In this document: positions 17,864-27,838 of the stretch, piece after piece
Position numbering within the stretch: position 1 is the first letter of the stretch
How the letters are laid out: each line of letters opens with the position of its first letter
DNA from: Gammaproteobacteria bacterium
GTDB taxonomy: Bacteria > Pseudomonadota > Gammaproteobacteria > Natronospirales > DASSBR01
Length of the DNA stretch: 64,000 nucleotides
Assembly (NCBI GenBank): GCA_035708085.1
Contig: DASSTE010000035.1
Coordinates: 8,870 to 72,869, forward strand
Reading direction: 5' to 3'
The notes under the pieces: model-generated
What the model was told of the DNA's origin: nothing
What the model saw: only the letters and a program-made list of their open reading frames with translations
Databases searched by the model: none
Translations under genes and position numbers: made by a program

Positions 17864-18927
17864 GTCGACTGAAGATCCTCGGCGTAGCGTTCGCACTGCT
17901 GCTGGCATTGCCCGGCGCGCTGTTGGCGAACACCGTCATCCGCGCGCCGGACACGGCAAAGCCGCTCGCCGCACGCTGGCAATGGGCGCTGCAACAGATC
18001 GACAATTCACAATGCGGCGGCGGCTGCTGGATCGGCTACAGCATCGAGCGCCGGATGGACCGCGATTCGTACATCGGAAGCTGGGATACAGCCGCCGCCG
18101 CGCAGCCCAGCCTCGGCGAAGTGATTTACGGCAAGCGCATCCTGCCGGGCATGTCGGCGACGGACGGCAAAGTACTGAAGCAGGTCGCGCTGCTGTTTCG
18201 ACTCGACCCGCATACGCACAGCGTCGCGGCGATCGAGGTCAGCAATTTGTCCCGACCGGTCGCTTTGCACGCGCCATTGGTGTGGTTGGGGTCGAGCAGG
18301 GATGGCCCGAGCCTCGACCTGATCGAAAAGCTTTACGGCGAGACTCATGAGACGGCGGCTCGAAAGCACTTGCTGATGGCGATCGGCCTGCACGACACGC
18401 GCAATCTTGTCGTACCTTTCCTCGGCAAAGTATTAAACGGCCAGGCCGGTGACGAGGTGCGCGGCGCGGCCGCGTTCTGGCTCGGCCAGGGCGGTGCGAA
18501 GGCGCTCAAGCTGCTGGCACACGCGGCGCGTCACGATCGATCCGAGGCGGTGCGCGAAAAAGCGGTATTCGCGATCAGCCTGATCGAGTCGCCGGCGGCC
18601 ACCGACACGCTGATCGATCTGGCCAAAGGTGCGGACAATCGCGAGATTCGCGAGAAGGCCGTGTTCTGGCTTGCGCAGCAGGCGTCGAAGAAAGCCACCG
18701 CCGCACTTATGGGCATTGCGCAAAACGATCGCGACGTCGACGTTCGCAAAAAAGCAGTGTTCGCGTTGTCGCAGTTGCCGGTCGATCAAGGTGTGCCGCG
18801 ACTGATCACGATCGCGAACACGAGCCGGAACATTGAAGTCCGCAAGCAGGCGATTTTCTGGCTCGGCCAGAGCGGCGATCCGCGCGCGGTTGCGGCATTG
18901 GCTAAATTGGCGCGAGGACGACCTTAG
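17860..18927 (+). CDS. Secreted HEAT-repeat protein
   Basis: ORF 17791..18927 trimmed to the ATG at 17860, which overlaps the M56 stop (ATGA). The signal peptide is MSRLKILGVAFALLLALPGALLA. At least five repeats (VRGAAAFWLGQ, VREKAVFAISL, IREKAVFWLAQ, VRKKAVFALSQLP, VRKQAIFWLGQ) match those of the M56 protein. Confidence 0.8.
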   Translation: MSRLKILGVAFALLLALPGALLANTVIRAPDTAKPLAARWQWALQQIDNSQCGGGCWIGYSIERRMDRDSYIGSWDTAAAAQPSLGEVIYGKRILPGMSATDGKVLKQVALLFRLDPHTHSVAAIEVSNLSRPVALHAPLVWLGSSRDGPSLDLIEKLYGETHETAARKHLLMAIGLHDTRNLVVPFLGKVLNGQAGDEVRGAAAFWLGQGGAKALKLLAHAARHDRSEAVREKAVFAISLIESPAATDTLIDLAKGADNREIREKAVFWLAQQASKKATAALMGIAQNDRDVDVRKKAVFALSQLPVDQGVPRLITIANTSRNIEVRKQAIFWLGQSGDPRAVAALAKLARGRP

Positions 18928-18935
18928 GAGGGACC

Positions 18936-18986
18936 GGGGAATTCCGTTCGTGCTGAGCCTGTCGAAGTACGGACGGAATTTCACGA
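18936..18986. repeat. REP-like palindrome (family B, 'ttcgtgctgagcctgtcgaag' type)
   Basis: gaattccgttcgt..gctgagcctgtcgaagt..acggacggaattt forms imperfect 13-bp arms. The core is a widespread bacterial intergenic repeat that reads as FVLSLSK when translated. Confidence 0.6.
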
Positions 18987-19041
18987 TGGTGAAAGAGCCC
19001 AGGCCCAGGGCGAACGGCCGGATAGAGAGTCATCGGAACGT

Positions 19042-22011
19042 TCAACTTCTCGGCAGCTCAACCGTAAAAGTCGCGCCCTCGCCTTCCCCGCTTCTCACCT
19101 GCACAGATCCGCCCATCGCCTCGACGATCTTGCGAACGGTCCACAAGCCCAGGCCCAGGCCGCCGAAATGCTGCGCCGGCACGGCCCGCTCGAACCGTTC
19201 GAAAATGCGCGCCTGCTCGGCCGGCGCGATGCCGGGGCCGTAATCGCAGACCCACAGCCGCACCCGCGCATCGTCGGCCTCGACGCCGATTTTGACCGGC
19301 TGGCCGGCGCCGTACTTGAGCGCATTCGACAGCAGCTTCGAGACGATTTGTTCCAGGCGGGCACGGTCCCACTGCCCAATGACCGAGTCAGGCAGCGACT
19401 GAGTGATTTGGGTGTCCTCCCGCCGGTCCCTTGATGGCAGAGCCTCCACCGCCTCGCGAACCACTTCGACCAGGTCGACTTCTTCCGGGGCCAGCTTCAG
19501 CCGACCTGCGGTAATACGCGAGACGTCCAGCAGATCGGTGACGAGGTCGCTCATCCGTTCGATGCTGCCGGTCAACTTGACCACTTCATTCTGGCTGCGC
19601 TCGTCGTGCGCCAGGCGTGCGAGGATGTGGGCCTGCAGGCGCATCGCCGTCAGCGGCGTGCGCAGTTCGTGCGACGCGAGCGACAGGAATTCGTCGCGCG
19701 CCTCAAGCGTTTCGCGCAGCTTTTCGGTTTCGATTTCGTCGCGCGCCGCGGCCCGCCGCAGCCGCGCCATGTCGAGCTGGGTGCGTACGCGGGCAAGCAA
19801 CTCCCGCGCCGAAAACGGCTTGACGAGGTAATCGTCGGCGCCGCTTTCAAGCCCTTCCACCGTCGCCTCTTCGCCGGCCCTGGCCGACAGCAGCACGACC
19901 GGCACCGCGCGGGTATGCTCATCGGCGCGCAGTTCGCGCACCAGTGCGAAGCCGTCGAGGCCGGGCATCATCACGTCGGACAGGATCAGGTCGGGCGGCT
20001 CGGCGCGAATGGCCGCAATCGCGGCCGCGCCATCGGCCGCCGTTTCGACATCGCTGAAATGGCAGCGCAGGATGCCCGCGACGTAGCGGCGCAAGTCGGC
20101 GTTGTCGTCGATCAGCAAAATGCGGGCGGCGGCCTTGTCGCCCGAGGCTCCGGCAGCGGCCGACGCTACGAATTCCGAATTGTCATCCCTTGCGTCGATG
20201 GCCGACCAGCGCCGCGCCTCCTCAACGAACGGCGCGGCGGCGGCCGATGATAACGGCCGCGACTGATGCTCGACGCGCTCCGCCGGCAAATGAGCTGTCC
20301 CGCCCGGTATACAGACCGTGAACGTGCTGCCCGCGCCCAATTGGCTGGCGGCAGTCACGCGCCCGCCATGCTGGTCCACCAAATCCCTGACCAGCGCCAG
20401 GCCGATGCCGGTACCCTCGTGGCTGCGACCGTGGGTCGTCTGCACCCGATGAAAGCGATCGAAGACACGCGGCAATTCTTCTTCGGGAATGCCGACCCCC
20501 GTGTCAGCAACCGTCAGCACGGCCTCGCCGTCCCGCCATTCAAGGCGCACGTCGATTCGACCTTCGTGGGTGTATTTCACCGCATTGGAGAGCAGATTCA
20601 GAACGATCTTTTCCCACATTTCCGGATCGACGTAGACCTGCTCCGGCAACGGCGGGCAGTCGACATTCAGCGCCAGCCCGGCGCTTTCGGCCGCCGAGTG
20701 GAACGCACTGGCGAGGTCCGCAGTAAAGGCCGCAAGATCGGTGGGCGAAAATCGGGCGCGGGCCCGGCCAGCCTCCATGCGCGCGAAGCTGAGCAGCGTG
20801 TTGACCATCCGGGACAGTCGTAACGCGTTGCGCCATACCATGGCGAGCTGTTCCTCGGGAAGTGTCCGTTCGGCGCTGGCAAGCGCCCGTTCGATCGGCC
20901 CGAGGATCAGGGTCAACGGCGTTCGAAATTCGTGGCTGATATTGTTGAAGAAAATCGTCTTGGCCCGATCGAGTTCGGCCAGTTGCTCGGCCCGTTCGCG
21001 CTCGGTTTCGTGAGCCCGGGCATTCGCCAGCGCTGCCGTCAGATGTTCGCCCACGAGCTCGAGAAATTCGCGATATTTGCCATCGAGCATGCGCCGCGGG
21101 CTGGTGCCCACAACCAGCACACCGTAGACGGGGTCGCTGCCGCGATGCGCCAGCGGCATCACCACCGCCGTGTGCGCCGGCTCCGGGCACGGCCCCCCCG
21201 GCATCGGCCCAAAACGCTCGGAGAGATCGGTCACCACTTCAATAGAATGATTGCGCAGCACCGCGGCAAGCGGCCAGCCTGTCGCGTCGTCAAGCGCCGG
21301 ATCGGCCGGCGCGCCCGGCTCTCCCGCTACGATGCCAGCGGTCGCCGCCAGCCGGACCTGCTCGCCGGCATACAGGTACAGCAGCGCAAAAGGTACGTCG
21401 ATCGGATTCCGTTCAAGAACGTGTGCGGCGGTCTGGCAGACGCTATCGATTGCCTTGACGCCGGCAGCCTGGCTCGCCAGTTCGCTCAGGGTTGTCAGAC
21501 GCCGCTCGGCTTCGACCCGCTCCGTGGTTTCGACCGCCGCACAAAAGAGGCCGCCGATGCCGCCGCAATCGTCACGGATCGCACTGTAACTGAACGTAAA
21601 CCACGCGTTCTCGAGATAGCCACTGCGCTGGAGCGGTACCAGCATGTCTTCCTGGGCGACCGATTCACCGCGCAGGACGCGCTCGAACAGCGGACCGATA
21701 AGCTCCGGCCACACTTCCCGGAACGCCTCTGCCGTCGGCATACCGAGCATCGCCGGATGCTTGTCGCCGATCAGCGGCCGGTAGCAGTCGTTATAGAAGA
21801 AGTGAAAGTCAGGGCCCCAGGCGACAACCATCGGAAATTCCGCGGGCAGAATCAGGTTGATGGCGCTGAGCAGCGATTCCGGCCACGTTCGGGCCGGCCC
21901 GAGGGCCGATTTTGACCAATCGTTGGCCCGCATCAGCGCACCCATTTCGCCACCGCCGACGAAAAGTTCCTCCGGGTGCCCGATCCGCGTTCGGGGAGTC
22001 AAATCAGGCAT
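19042..22011 (-). CDS. Hybrid sensor kinase: PAS-GAF-HisKA/HATPase-REC-HisKA/HATPase
   Basis: 989-aa ORF. The N-terminal PAS carries DWSKSALGPARTWPESL, followed by a GAF-like region. The first H-box is ISHEFRTPLT with an ATPase domain (GTGIGLALV). REC follows (LLIDDN..SDVMMPGLDG..KPF). The second H-box is ASHELRTPLT with a second ATPase domain (GGLGLGLWTV). Confidence 0.88.
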   Translation of the reverse strand: MPDLTPRTRIGHPEELFVGGGEMGALMRANDWSKSALGPARTWPESLLSAINLILPAEFPMVVAWGPDFHFFYNDCYRPLIGDKHPAMLGMPTAEAFREVWPELIGPLFERVLRGESVAQEDMLVPLQRSGYLENAWFTFSYSAIRDDCGGIGGLFCAAVETTERVEAERRLTTLSELASQAAGVKAIDSVCQTAAHVLERNPIDVPFALLYLYAGEQVRLAATAGIVAGEPGAPADPALDDATGWPLAAVLRNHSIEVVTDLSERFGPMPGGPCPEPAHTAVVMPLAHRGSDPVYGVLVVGTSPRRMLDGKYREFLELVGEHLTAALANARAHETERERAEQLAELDRAKTIFFNNISHEFRTPLTLILGPIERALASAERTLPEEQLAMVWRNALRLSRMVNTLLSFARMEAGRARARFSPTDLAAFTADLASAFHSAAESAGLALNVDCPPLPEQVYVDPEMWEKIVLNLLSNAVKYTHEGRIDVRLEWRDGEAVLTVADTGVGIPEEELPRVFDRFHRVQTTHGRSHEGTGIGLALVRDLVDQHGGRVTAASQLGAGSTFTVCIPGGTAHLPAERVEHQSRPLSSAAAAPFVEEARRWSAIDARDDNSEFVASAAAGASGDKAAARILLIDDNADLRRYVAGILRCHFSDVETAADGAAAIAAIRAEPPDLILSDVMMPGLDGFALVRELRADEHTRAVPVVLLSARAGEEATVEGLESGADDYLVKPFSARELLARVRTQLDMARLRRAAARDEIETEKLRETLEARDEFLSLASHELRTPLTAMRLQAHILARLAHDERSQNEVVKLTGSIERMSDLVTDLLDVSRITAGRLKLAPEEVDLVEVVREAVEALPSRDRREDTQITQSLPDSVIGQWDRARLEQIVSKLLSNALKYGAGQPVKIGVEADDARVRLWVCDYGPGIAPAEQARIFERFERAVPAQHFGGLGLGLWTVRKIVEAMGGSVQVRSGEGEGATFTVELPRS

Positions 22012-22107
22012 ACCTTACTCTTCCTTAAGCAGGCATTGATGGTACCAGACAATAGCGGTGGATCGCTGGCCCTGTTCCCAGGTTCGCCCATTTCGGCGCC
22101 GCAAACC

Positions 22108-22977
22108 TTACTTGTCGGGCAACCTGCCGGCGGCGGCCTTGACCGCGGGGCTGTTACACACGCTCGCCGGCTTCTCGCCGGTCAGCTCGCAGATGGCGGC
22201 GGTGTAGACATTCGCCGCACTGATTATCCGGTTACTCAGGTCGGACTGGCCCGCCTTGAGTTGGCGCGCGACATTCTGCCAAGACAGGCTTGAAAGCAAG
22301 TTCGGCATAAACGGCGCCACGTTCTCGACATAGCGCCCACCAATGTAAACGAATGGAATTGCGCCGGGCACTTTCGTATACGGCGGGGCGTCGAATCGCT
22401 GAAAGACAGCCTGTTGGGCGTCGCTGGGCTTGTTCAGGGAGTGACCCTGCCGGTCGGCGATATCGACTGCGTCAAACCGGATGTAGTCACTGTGATAGTG
22501 CGCGCCGTCGAAGCTGAACGTCACCGTGTCGGCGTAAACGTCGGTGCTGCTGGAGCGCATGTAGCGCAGACCGTCGAAGTTCCCGAAGCGGAGCAACGCC
22601 ACTACCAGCGGCCAGCGCAACGCCGCGCAATAGGGGCAGAAGTCGGCGCCGATATAAAGCACGACGGGTTTTCCGGAGCCAAGGGTCGGGCCGGAAATGG
22701 ATTGCAGCGAAACCTTCGCCGGTAGGCGTTGCCGGGTAAGACTTCGTCGGCTGATCGTGTTCAGCGCCCGCATCAAGTCCGCGCCGACCGTCGAACCGAC
22801 CTTGCCCGTTGAAGTGCGCGTCGAAGCGTTGTTCGCGGAGGTGCTGCGAGCCGAAGTACCGTTTGCCGCAGTGCTCGTCGAGTTGCTCGTCTGATTTGAC
22901 GAGTTGCAACCGGCGGCGGTGGCCGCCAGCAGTACCAGCGCCGTGACGCCGACCAATCGTTTCAGACCCGGTTTCAT
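22108..22977 (-). CDS. DUF929-like thioredoxin-fold lipoprotein (CPYC motif)
   Basis: ORF trimmed to [24 protein letters not shown] (lipobox). An S/T/N-rich linker follows, then [20 protein letters not shown]. Its ATG overlaps the lhr stop (ATGA at 22974-22977). Confidence 0.7.
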   Translation of the reverse strand: MKPGLKRLVGVTALVLLAATAAGCNSSNQTSNSTSTAANGTSARSTSANNASTRTSTGKVGSTVGADLMRALNTISRRSLTRQRLPAKVSLQSISGPTLGSGKPVVLYIGADFCPYCAALRWPLVVALLRFGNFDGLRYMRSSSTDVYADTVTFSFDGAHYHSDYIRFDAVDIADRQGHSLNKPSDAQQAVFQRFDAPPYTKVPGAIPFVYIGGRYVENVAPFMPNLLSSLSWQNVARQLKAGQSDLSNRIISAANVYTAAICELTGEKPASVCNSPAVKAAAGRLPDK

Positions 22978-25900
22978 GCGATGCTGCTCCCTCGTTGCTG
23001 TTGTGCCGGGGCCGGAAGTCTGTGCTGCAACAAATGGTTGCGCAGCGCCCATTGGCCTTCCGGCGGTACCTCGGCCAGAAATCGTACCTCACCGGCGGCG
23101 TGGCACGCGACCGGCAATCCGTCGCGATACAGTATCCGATTCCCCGCCAGCGCCGCGAGCCGGTCGCCCGGCAGGATAATGCCGACCAGGTTGAGCGGAT
23201 CGGCGGCGGAGATCGAAACCAGCGCGCCGTCCGGCTTCTGCTTGCGCATATCGCGCAGCGCGCCGACCGCATCCGGCAGCGCAAATTGCTCGCCGCTCAT
23301 GCCGGCGACAAAGCGGCCGCCGCGAATTTCCCCGCGCGCTTCGAGGCGCCGATAAACGTACAGCAATTCCCGCCACGGCGGCAGCGCCGTTTCGCGTTCG
23401 AGCAGCTTGCGGAACACAACGCCGTAGCGCAACAACAGCGTCGCGGCGATGTGCTCGAGCGTCTCCGTGTCGAGCCGGCGGTCGTCGTCGAATTGAATTA
23501 CCGGGCCGTGCGTCAGCGTCCAGCGGCCGGCGGTGTCGAGGCCGCCGATGCCGACGCGCCGCCGGCGGCCGCGCGGCGCTAGTCGCGGCCGCCGATGTGC
23601 CGGCTGTACGAGCGCGCGCAAGCCGGCGAAGGTATCGGCGGTCGCCAGTCCCCAGGCGGCGAGTTCGGACAGCGCTTCTTCGACCTGCGTGCGCAGCAGG
23701 CCCGTCGTTTCGACCAGGTCGCTGAAGAAGGAGGCGCCATCGTGTTGCAAGGCGGACGCCACCTGGCGCGCCGCGGCGGACAGTGGAATCGTCTCGATAT
23801 CCGGCGCGGGAAACAGCGCCCGCCAGTGTCGGCGATGCGCGCGCGGCAACAGCGCGATCGGCGTTGCGCGCACCGGCGCCACCGCGCGTTTGGCCGTGAT
23901 GCCCTGCGGATCCTCGCGCTGGGCGGCCTTCGGCGGCACGAGTCGCATCCAGGTGACCGCGCCGCTGGCGCAGAGCTGGTCGAGCATCACCGACAAATAG
24001 CCGCCCACCCGCGCCGGCAGGATATCGCGCTCCCACGCCGCGGCCGGAATCGAATAGCCTTCGAGTTGTTCGATTGCGGCGGCGAGCGCATCCGGGCCTT
24101 CGGCGCGCTCGTCGATGCCGTGCCAGCGGAACAGGAAGCGCATGAAGTCGGCGGGGCTGACCGGCTCGATTTCCGCGCGCAGCTTTTTGAGCGTGTAGCG
24201 ATGGATACGTGCGAGCAGGCGGCGGTCGCACCATTCGACGGCGTCGGCTGACGTAAATCCGCCGCGTAATGCGAAGCCTTCGGCTTCGAGCGCGGAGACG
24301 GCGACATGGATTTCCGTTTCGGCCGCCGCCAGCGGGGCCGCCAGCGCCGCCGCCGTCACCGGGCCGAGCCCTTCGAGGCGGCTGCGGATGAGTTCGCGTA
24401 ACGCGCTGGCGCGCTCGGCGGCAGCTTCGCCGGGGATGGCTTCAATTTCGGGATTGGCACTAGCTTCGGGCCATATTTGCCGGACCTCGGCGAGGCGTTC
24501 GGCGGCGACCCACAGCGGCGCGACTCCGGGCACCCTCACCCCCAGCCCCTCGGCAACTGCTCCGGGCTTTGCCCTACCTCGTGCATCCATGCAGTCGTCT
24601 CCCGAGGGGAGAGGAGAGAAAACCGTCGCCCGGCCGGCTTCGCATAGTTCGTCGAACAGCGGCTGCCAGCTGCCGCGCCGACCCTCGTCCGCCGTCATGA
24701 ATCCGAGCACCACCAGCGCGTCGTACAACTCGTCTGCGGTGCGTGCATCGGGCCAGGCTTCTTCGCGCACCCGCTCGATCGCGACGGGATCGAGGCTGCC
24801 GAGGTCGGCTGCGTCCGTCACGTCCATCAGGCCGCGCGACTGCACCGCCAGCGTGCGGCGTTCCTCGGCCGGCGCGTCATCGAGGAACGCGTACGGGCGC
24901 GCGTTCAGCACTTCCTGCGCGAGCGGCGACGGGCTCACCAGGTCGCGCGTGACGACCTTGATCTCGCCCCGCTCCAGCCGCGCGAGCAGCCGTTCAAGTC
25001 CCTCGACATCCATGACTTCGTGCAGGCAGTCATCCATGGTCTGCTTGACCAGCGGATGATCCGGGATTTCACGCGCGCCGGCGGCAAGATTTTCGGCGCA
25101 GGCCAGCTGGTCCGGAAAGATCAGCGCCATCAGGTCTTCGGCGTCGCTGCGCTGGAACTGCGGCGGCATCCGCTTGCCGTTGCGCATGCGCTTGATCGCG
25201 AGCGCCGTCGTCGCATTCCAGCGCCAGTGCGTCGGGAACATCGGCGCGGCGAGCAGCGCCTGGCTCAGGACGTCGCGCGCGGTCTTGGCGTTGAGGTAGC
25301 GCGCCACGTCTTCAAGTTGAAAACTGTGAGTGGCGCCGAGCGACAGGACGATCGTGTCTTCGAGCGCGGCGGCCTGCAGCTCAAAGTTGAACTTGCGGCA
25401 GAAGCGCTTGCGCAACGCCAGGCCGAACGCCCGGTTGATGCGCGAACCGTACGGGGAATGAATCACCAGGTGCTGATCGCCGGCCTCGTCGAAGAAGCGC
25501 TCGAAGACCAGCGTCTCCTGCGTCGGCAGTGCCCCGAGCGCCGCGCGGGCGGCGGCGAGATAATCGATCAGTTGATCGGCCGCGGCTGGGGCAAGATTGA
25601 ATTCATTACGCGCGCATTCGCGCGCACTATCAGTGCCTTCCGCAATAAGTGCGTCCGTTCGCGCACGCAAATCGGATACCGCCACCGACAATTCATCCGT
25701 CCGGCCAGGCGCCTCTCCGAACCAGAACGGGATGTTGGGCGGCTGCCCCTTCGCATCCTCCACGTACACCTTGCCCTGCCCCACTTTCTGAATCCGGTAC
25801 GAGGTATTGCCGAGTTGAAAGATATCGCCGGCAATGCTTTCGAACGCGAAATCCTCGTTGAGCGTGCCGACGCGCAAGCCTTCCGGGCTCAATACGACTT

Positions 25901-27503
25901 CATAATCGAACTGATCCGGGATCACACCGCCGTTCATCAGCGCGGTCATACGCGCGCTGCGACGCGGGCGGAGCATGCCGTTGACGACATCCCGGTGCAG
26001 ATAGGCGCCGTGGCGGCCGCGGCGGGTCGAGTAGCCTTCGGCGAGCATCCTGACCACCGCGTCGAAATCCGCGCGCGGCAGCTCACGGTACGGCCACGCG
26101 CGCGTCAGCATCGCGAACAGATCGTCCTCGCGCCATTCCCCGTTGGCAACTTCGGCGACGATCTGCTGCGCGAGCACATCGCGGGGCGCGACCGGGATAT
26201 GAATCCGATCCAGCTCGTCGCGCCGGACCGCCTCCAGCAGCGCCGCGCATTCGACCAGGTCGTCGCGACTCAACGGAAACAGACGCCCTTTGGGTGTGCG
26301 CCCGACACCGTGGCCGGAACGCCCCACTCGCTGCAGAAACGCGCCGATGGATCGCGGCGTGCCGAGCTGGCAGACGAGATCGACGTCGCCGATATCGATG
26401 CCGAGCTCCAGCGAGGCGGTGGCAATCAGCGCCTTGAGCTTGCCGTGCTTAAGGCGCTGCTCGGCGTCCAGCCGATGCTCTTTGGACAGGCTGCCATGAT
26501 GGGCGGTCACCGCGTCCTCGCCCAGTCGTTCCGCCAGATGCCGCGCCGCGCGCTCCGCCAGCCGGCGGGTGTTGACGAAGATCAGCGTGGTGCGGTGCGC
26601 ACCGATCAGCTCGGCGACGCGATCATAAATTTCGGTCCAGACTTCGTTCGCCATTACCGTCGACAGCGGCGAGCGCGGCACTTCGAGCGCCAGATCGCGC
26701 TCGCGCACGTGGCCGGTATCGACGATGCGGCACGGCTCGCCGCCGGTAAGGAACTGCGCCATCGTCTCGATCGGCTTTTGCGTCGCCGAGAGCCCCACGC
26801 GCACCGGCGGCTTGCCGCACAACGCGCTCAGTCGTTCGAGCGACAACGCCAGATGCGCGCCGCGCTTGTTACCGGCGAGCGCATGGATTTCGTCGACGAT
26901 GACGGTGCGTACAGTCGCGAGCATTCGGCGACCGGACTCTGAGGTCAATAGCAGGTACAGCGACTCCGGCGTGGTGACCACGATGTGGGGTGGCTTGCGC
27001 GCCATCTTCGCGCGTTCGCTGGATGGCGTGTCGCCGGTGCGGACCCAGGCGCGGATTTCCAGGCTCCCCTCGCCCTCCGGGAGAGGAGTCTGGGGTGAGG
27101 GTTCGGACTTCGTCAACGTCCGGTGGAGCGAAGTGCTGTTGCCACCGGGCACTCTCACCCCGGCCCTCTCCCGAAGGGAGAGGGCGCAAGAGTCGAGCTC
27201 GGCGCGAATACCTTCCAATGGCGCTTCGAGATTGGCACGAATGTCATTCGACAGCGCCTTCAGCGGCGAGACGTACAGCACCCGCGTCTCGGCCGGCAGC
27301 TCGTGCTCCAGCCCCTCGCGCACCAGGTCGTCGATCGCCGCGAGGAACGCCGCCAAGGTCTTGCCGGACCCGGTCGGCGCGGCGATCAGCGTGTGGCCGT
27401 GCGCCTTGATCGCCGGCCACGCTTCGGCCTGCGCCGGCGTCGGTTGGCCGAACGTTCGCTTGAACCAGGCGGCAGTGGCGGGATGGAAAAAGTTCAGGCT
27501 CAT
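22974..27503 (-). CDS. lhr: Large ATP-dependent helicase Lhr (full-length, about 1500 aa)
   Basis: 1509-aa ORF with AAPTGSGKT (motif I), VDEIH (motif II), helicase C motifs ([14 protein letters not shown]) and a long Lhr-type C-terminal extension. Confidence 0.9.
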   Translation of the reverse strand: MSLNFFHPATAAWFKRTFGQPTPAQAEAWPAIKAHGHTLIAAPTGSGKTLAAFLAAIDDLVREGLEHELPAETRVLYVSPLKALSNDIRANLEAPLEGIRAELDSCALSLRERAGVRVPGGNSTSLHRTLTKSEPSPQTPLPEGEGSLEIRAWVRTGDTPSSERAKMARKPPHIVVTTPESLYLLLTSESGRRMLATVRTVIVDEIHALAGNKRGAHLALSLERLSALCGKPPVRVGLSATQKPIETMAQFLTGGEPCRIVDTGHVRERDLALEVPRSPLSTVMANEVWTEIYDRVAELIGAHRTTLIFVNTRRLAERAARHLAERLGEDAVTAHHGSLSKEHRLDAEQRLKHGKLKALIATASLELGIDIGDVDLVCQLGTPRSIGAFLQRVGRSGHGVGRTPKGRLFPLSRDDLVECAALLEAVRRDELDRIHIPVAPRDVLAQQIVAEVANGEWREDDLFAMLTRAWPYRELPRADFDAVVRMLAEGYSTRRGRHGAYLHRDVVNGMLRPRRSARMTALMNGGVIPDQFDYEVVLSPEGLRVGTLNEDFAFESIAGDIFQLGNTSYRIQKVGQGKVYVEDAKGQPPNIPFWFGEAPGRTDELSVAVSDLRARTDALIAEGTDSARECARNEFNLAPAAADQLIDYLAAARAALGALPTQETLVFERFFDEAGDQHLVIHSPYGSRINRAFGLALRKRFCRKFNFELQAAALEDTIVLSLGATHSFQLEDVARYLNAKTARDVLSQALLAAPMFPTHWRWNATTALAIKRMRNGKRMPPQFQRSDAEDLMALIFPDQLACAENLAAGAREIPDHPLVKQTMDDCLHEVMDVEGLERLLARLERGEIKVVTRDLVSPSPLAQEVLNARPYAFLDDAPAEERRTLAVQSRGLMDVTDAADLGSLDPVAIERVREEAWPDARTADELYDALVVLGFMTADEGRRGSWQPLFDELCEAGRATVFSPLPSGDDCMDARGRAKPGAVAEGLGVRVPGVAPLWVAAERLAEVRQIWPEASANPEIEAIPGEAAAERASALRELIRSRLEGLGPVTAAALAAPLAAAETEIHVAVSALEAEGFALRGGFTSADAVEWCDRRLLARIHRYTLKKLRAEIEPVSPADFMRFLFRWHGIDERAEGPDALAAAIEQLEGYSIPAAAWERDILPARVGGYLSVMLDQLCASGAVTWMRLVPPKAAQREDPQGITAKRAVAPVRATPIALLPRAHRRHWRALFPAPDIETIPLSAAARQVASALQHDGASFFSDLVETTGLLRTQVEEALSELAAWGLATADTFAGLRALVQPAHRRPRLAPRGRRRRVGIGGLDTAGRWTLTHGPVIQFDDDRRLDTETLEHIAATLLLRYGVVFRKLLERETALPPWRELLYVYRRLEARGEIRGGRFVAGMSGEQFALPDAVGALRDMRKQKPDGALVSISAADPLNLVGIILPGDRLAALAGNRILYRDGLPVACHAAGEVRFLAEVPPEGQWALRNHLLQHRLPAPAQQQRGSSIA
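24531..24617. repeat. Degenerate family-A palindromic element inside the lhr coding sequence
   Basis: caccctcaccc...gtctcccgaggggagaggagag. In the lhr frame it is translated as [31 protein letters not shown]. Confidence 0.5.
27066..27185. repeat. Family-A compound palindromic element inserted in frame in lhr (120 nt, 40 codons)
   Basis: cccctcgccctccgggagagg..ggggtgaggg..55 nt..ctctcacccc..gccctctcccgaagggagagggc. It has the same architecture as the intergenic copy at 9245..9324. It is translated as [39 protein letters not shown] between helicase motifs I and II. Confidence 0.7.
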
Positions 27504-27534
27504 GACCCTATTCTAATAGAGGCAGGGCATCGGC

Positions 27535-27837
27535 CTAAGAGGAGTCGGCTTCCTCGGATGCCGCCCGAACATACTGGCGTTCGCCGGTGGCGGGGTTGTA
27601 GCGTACTTCCGTCAGCTTGCCAGTCCCCGGGTCGATAAAGCGCTCGCCGGTGGGCTGCCAGTCGCCGCGGCTGCTGACGTTCTTCCGGTAGCGCCAGCGC
27701 TCGAACACGAGGGCCAGTGTCAGGAGGGCGCCTTCGGCAAGCACGTACGCGCCGATCGCGACGAGTCCGCTTAGCAGCAGGGCGATGCCGGCGAAGATCG
27801 ACGCAATGCCGATCGCGATCAAGGTTTTGCGAAACAT
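27535..27837 (-). CDS. Hypothetical 2-TM membrane protein
   Basis: 100-aa ORF with two hydrophobic helices and a soluble acidic tail. It lies 1 nt downstream of the ybjQ-like gene. Confidence 0.55.
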   Translation of the reverse strand: MFRKTLIAIGIASIFAGIALLLSGLVAIGAYVLAEGALLTLALVFERWRYRKNVSSRGDWQPTGERFIDPGTGKLTEVRYNPATGERQYVRAASEEADSS

Positions 27838-27838
27838 G

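Noticed and set aside
25020-26942. 640-aa plus-strand ORF, and several others of 200-380 aa, overlapping lhr
   Set aside because: They are antisense or out-of-frame shadows of the 1509-aa Lhr frame, which carries all the helicase motifs.
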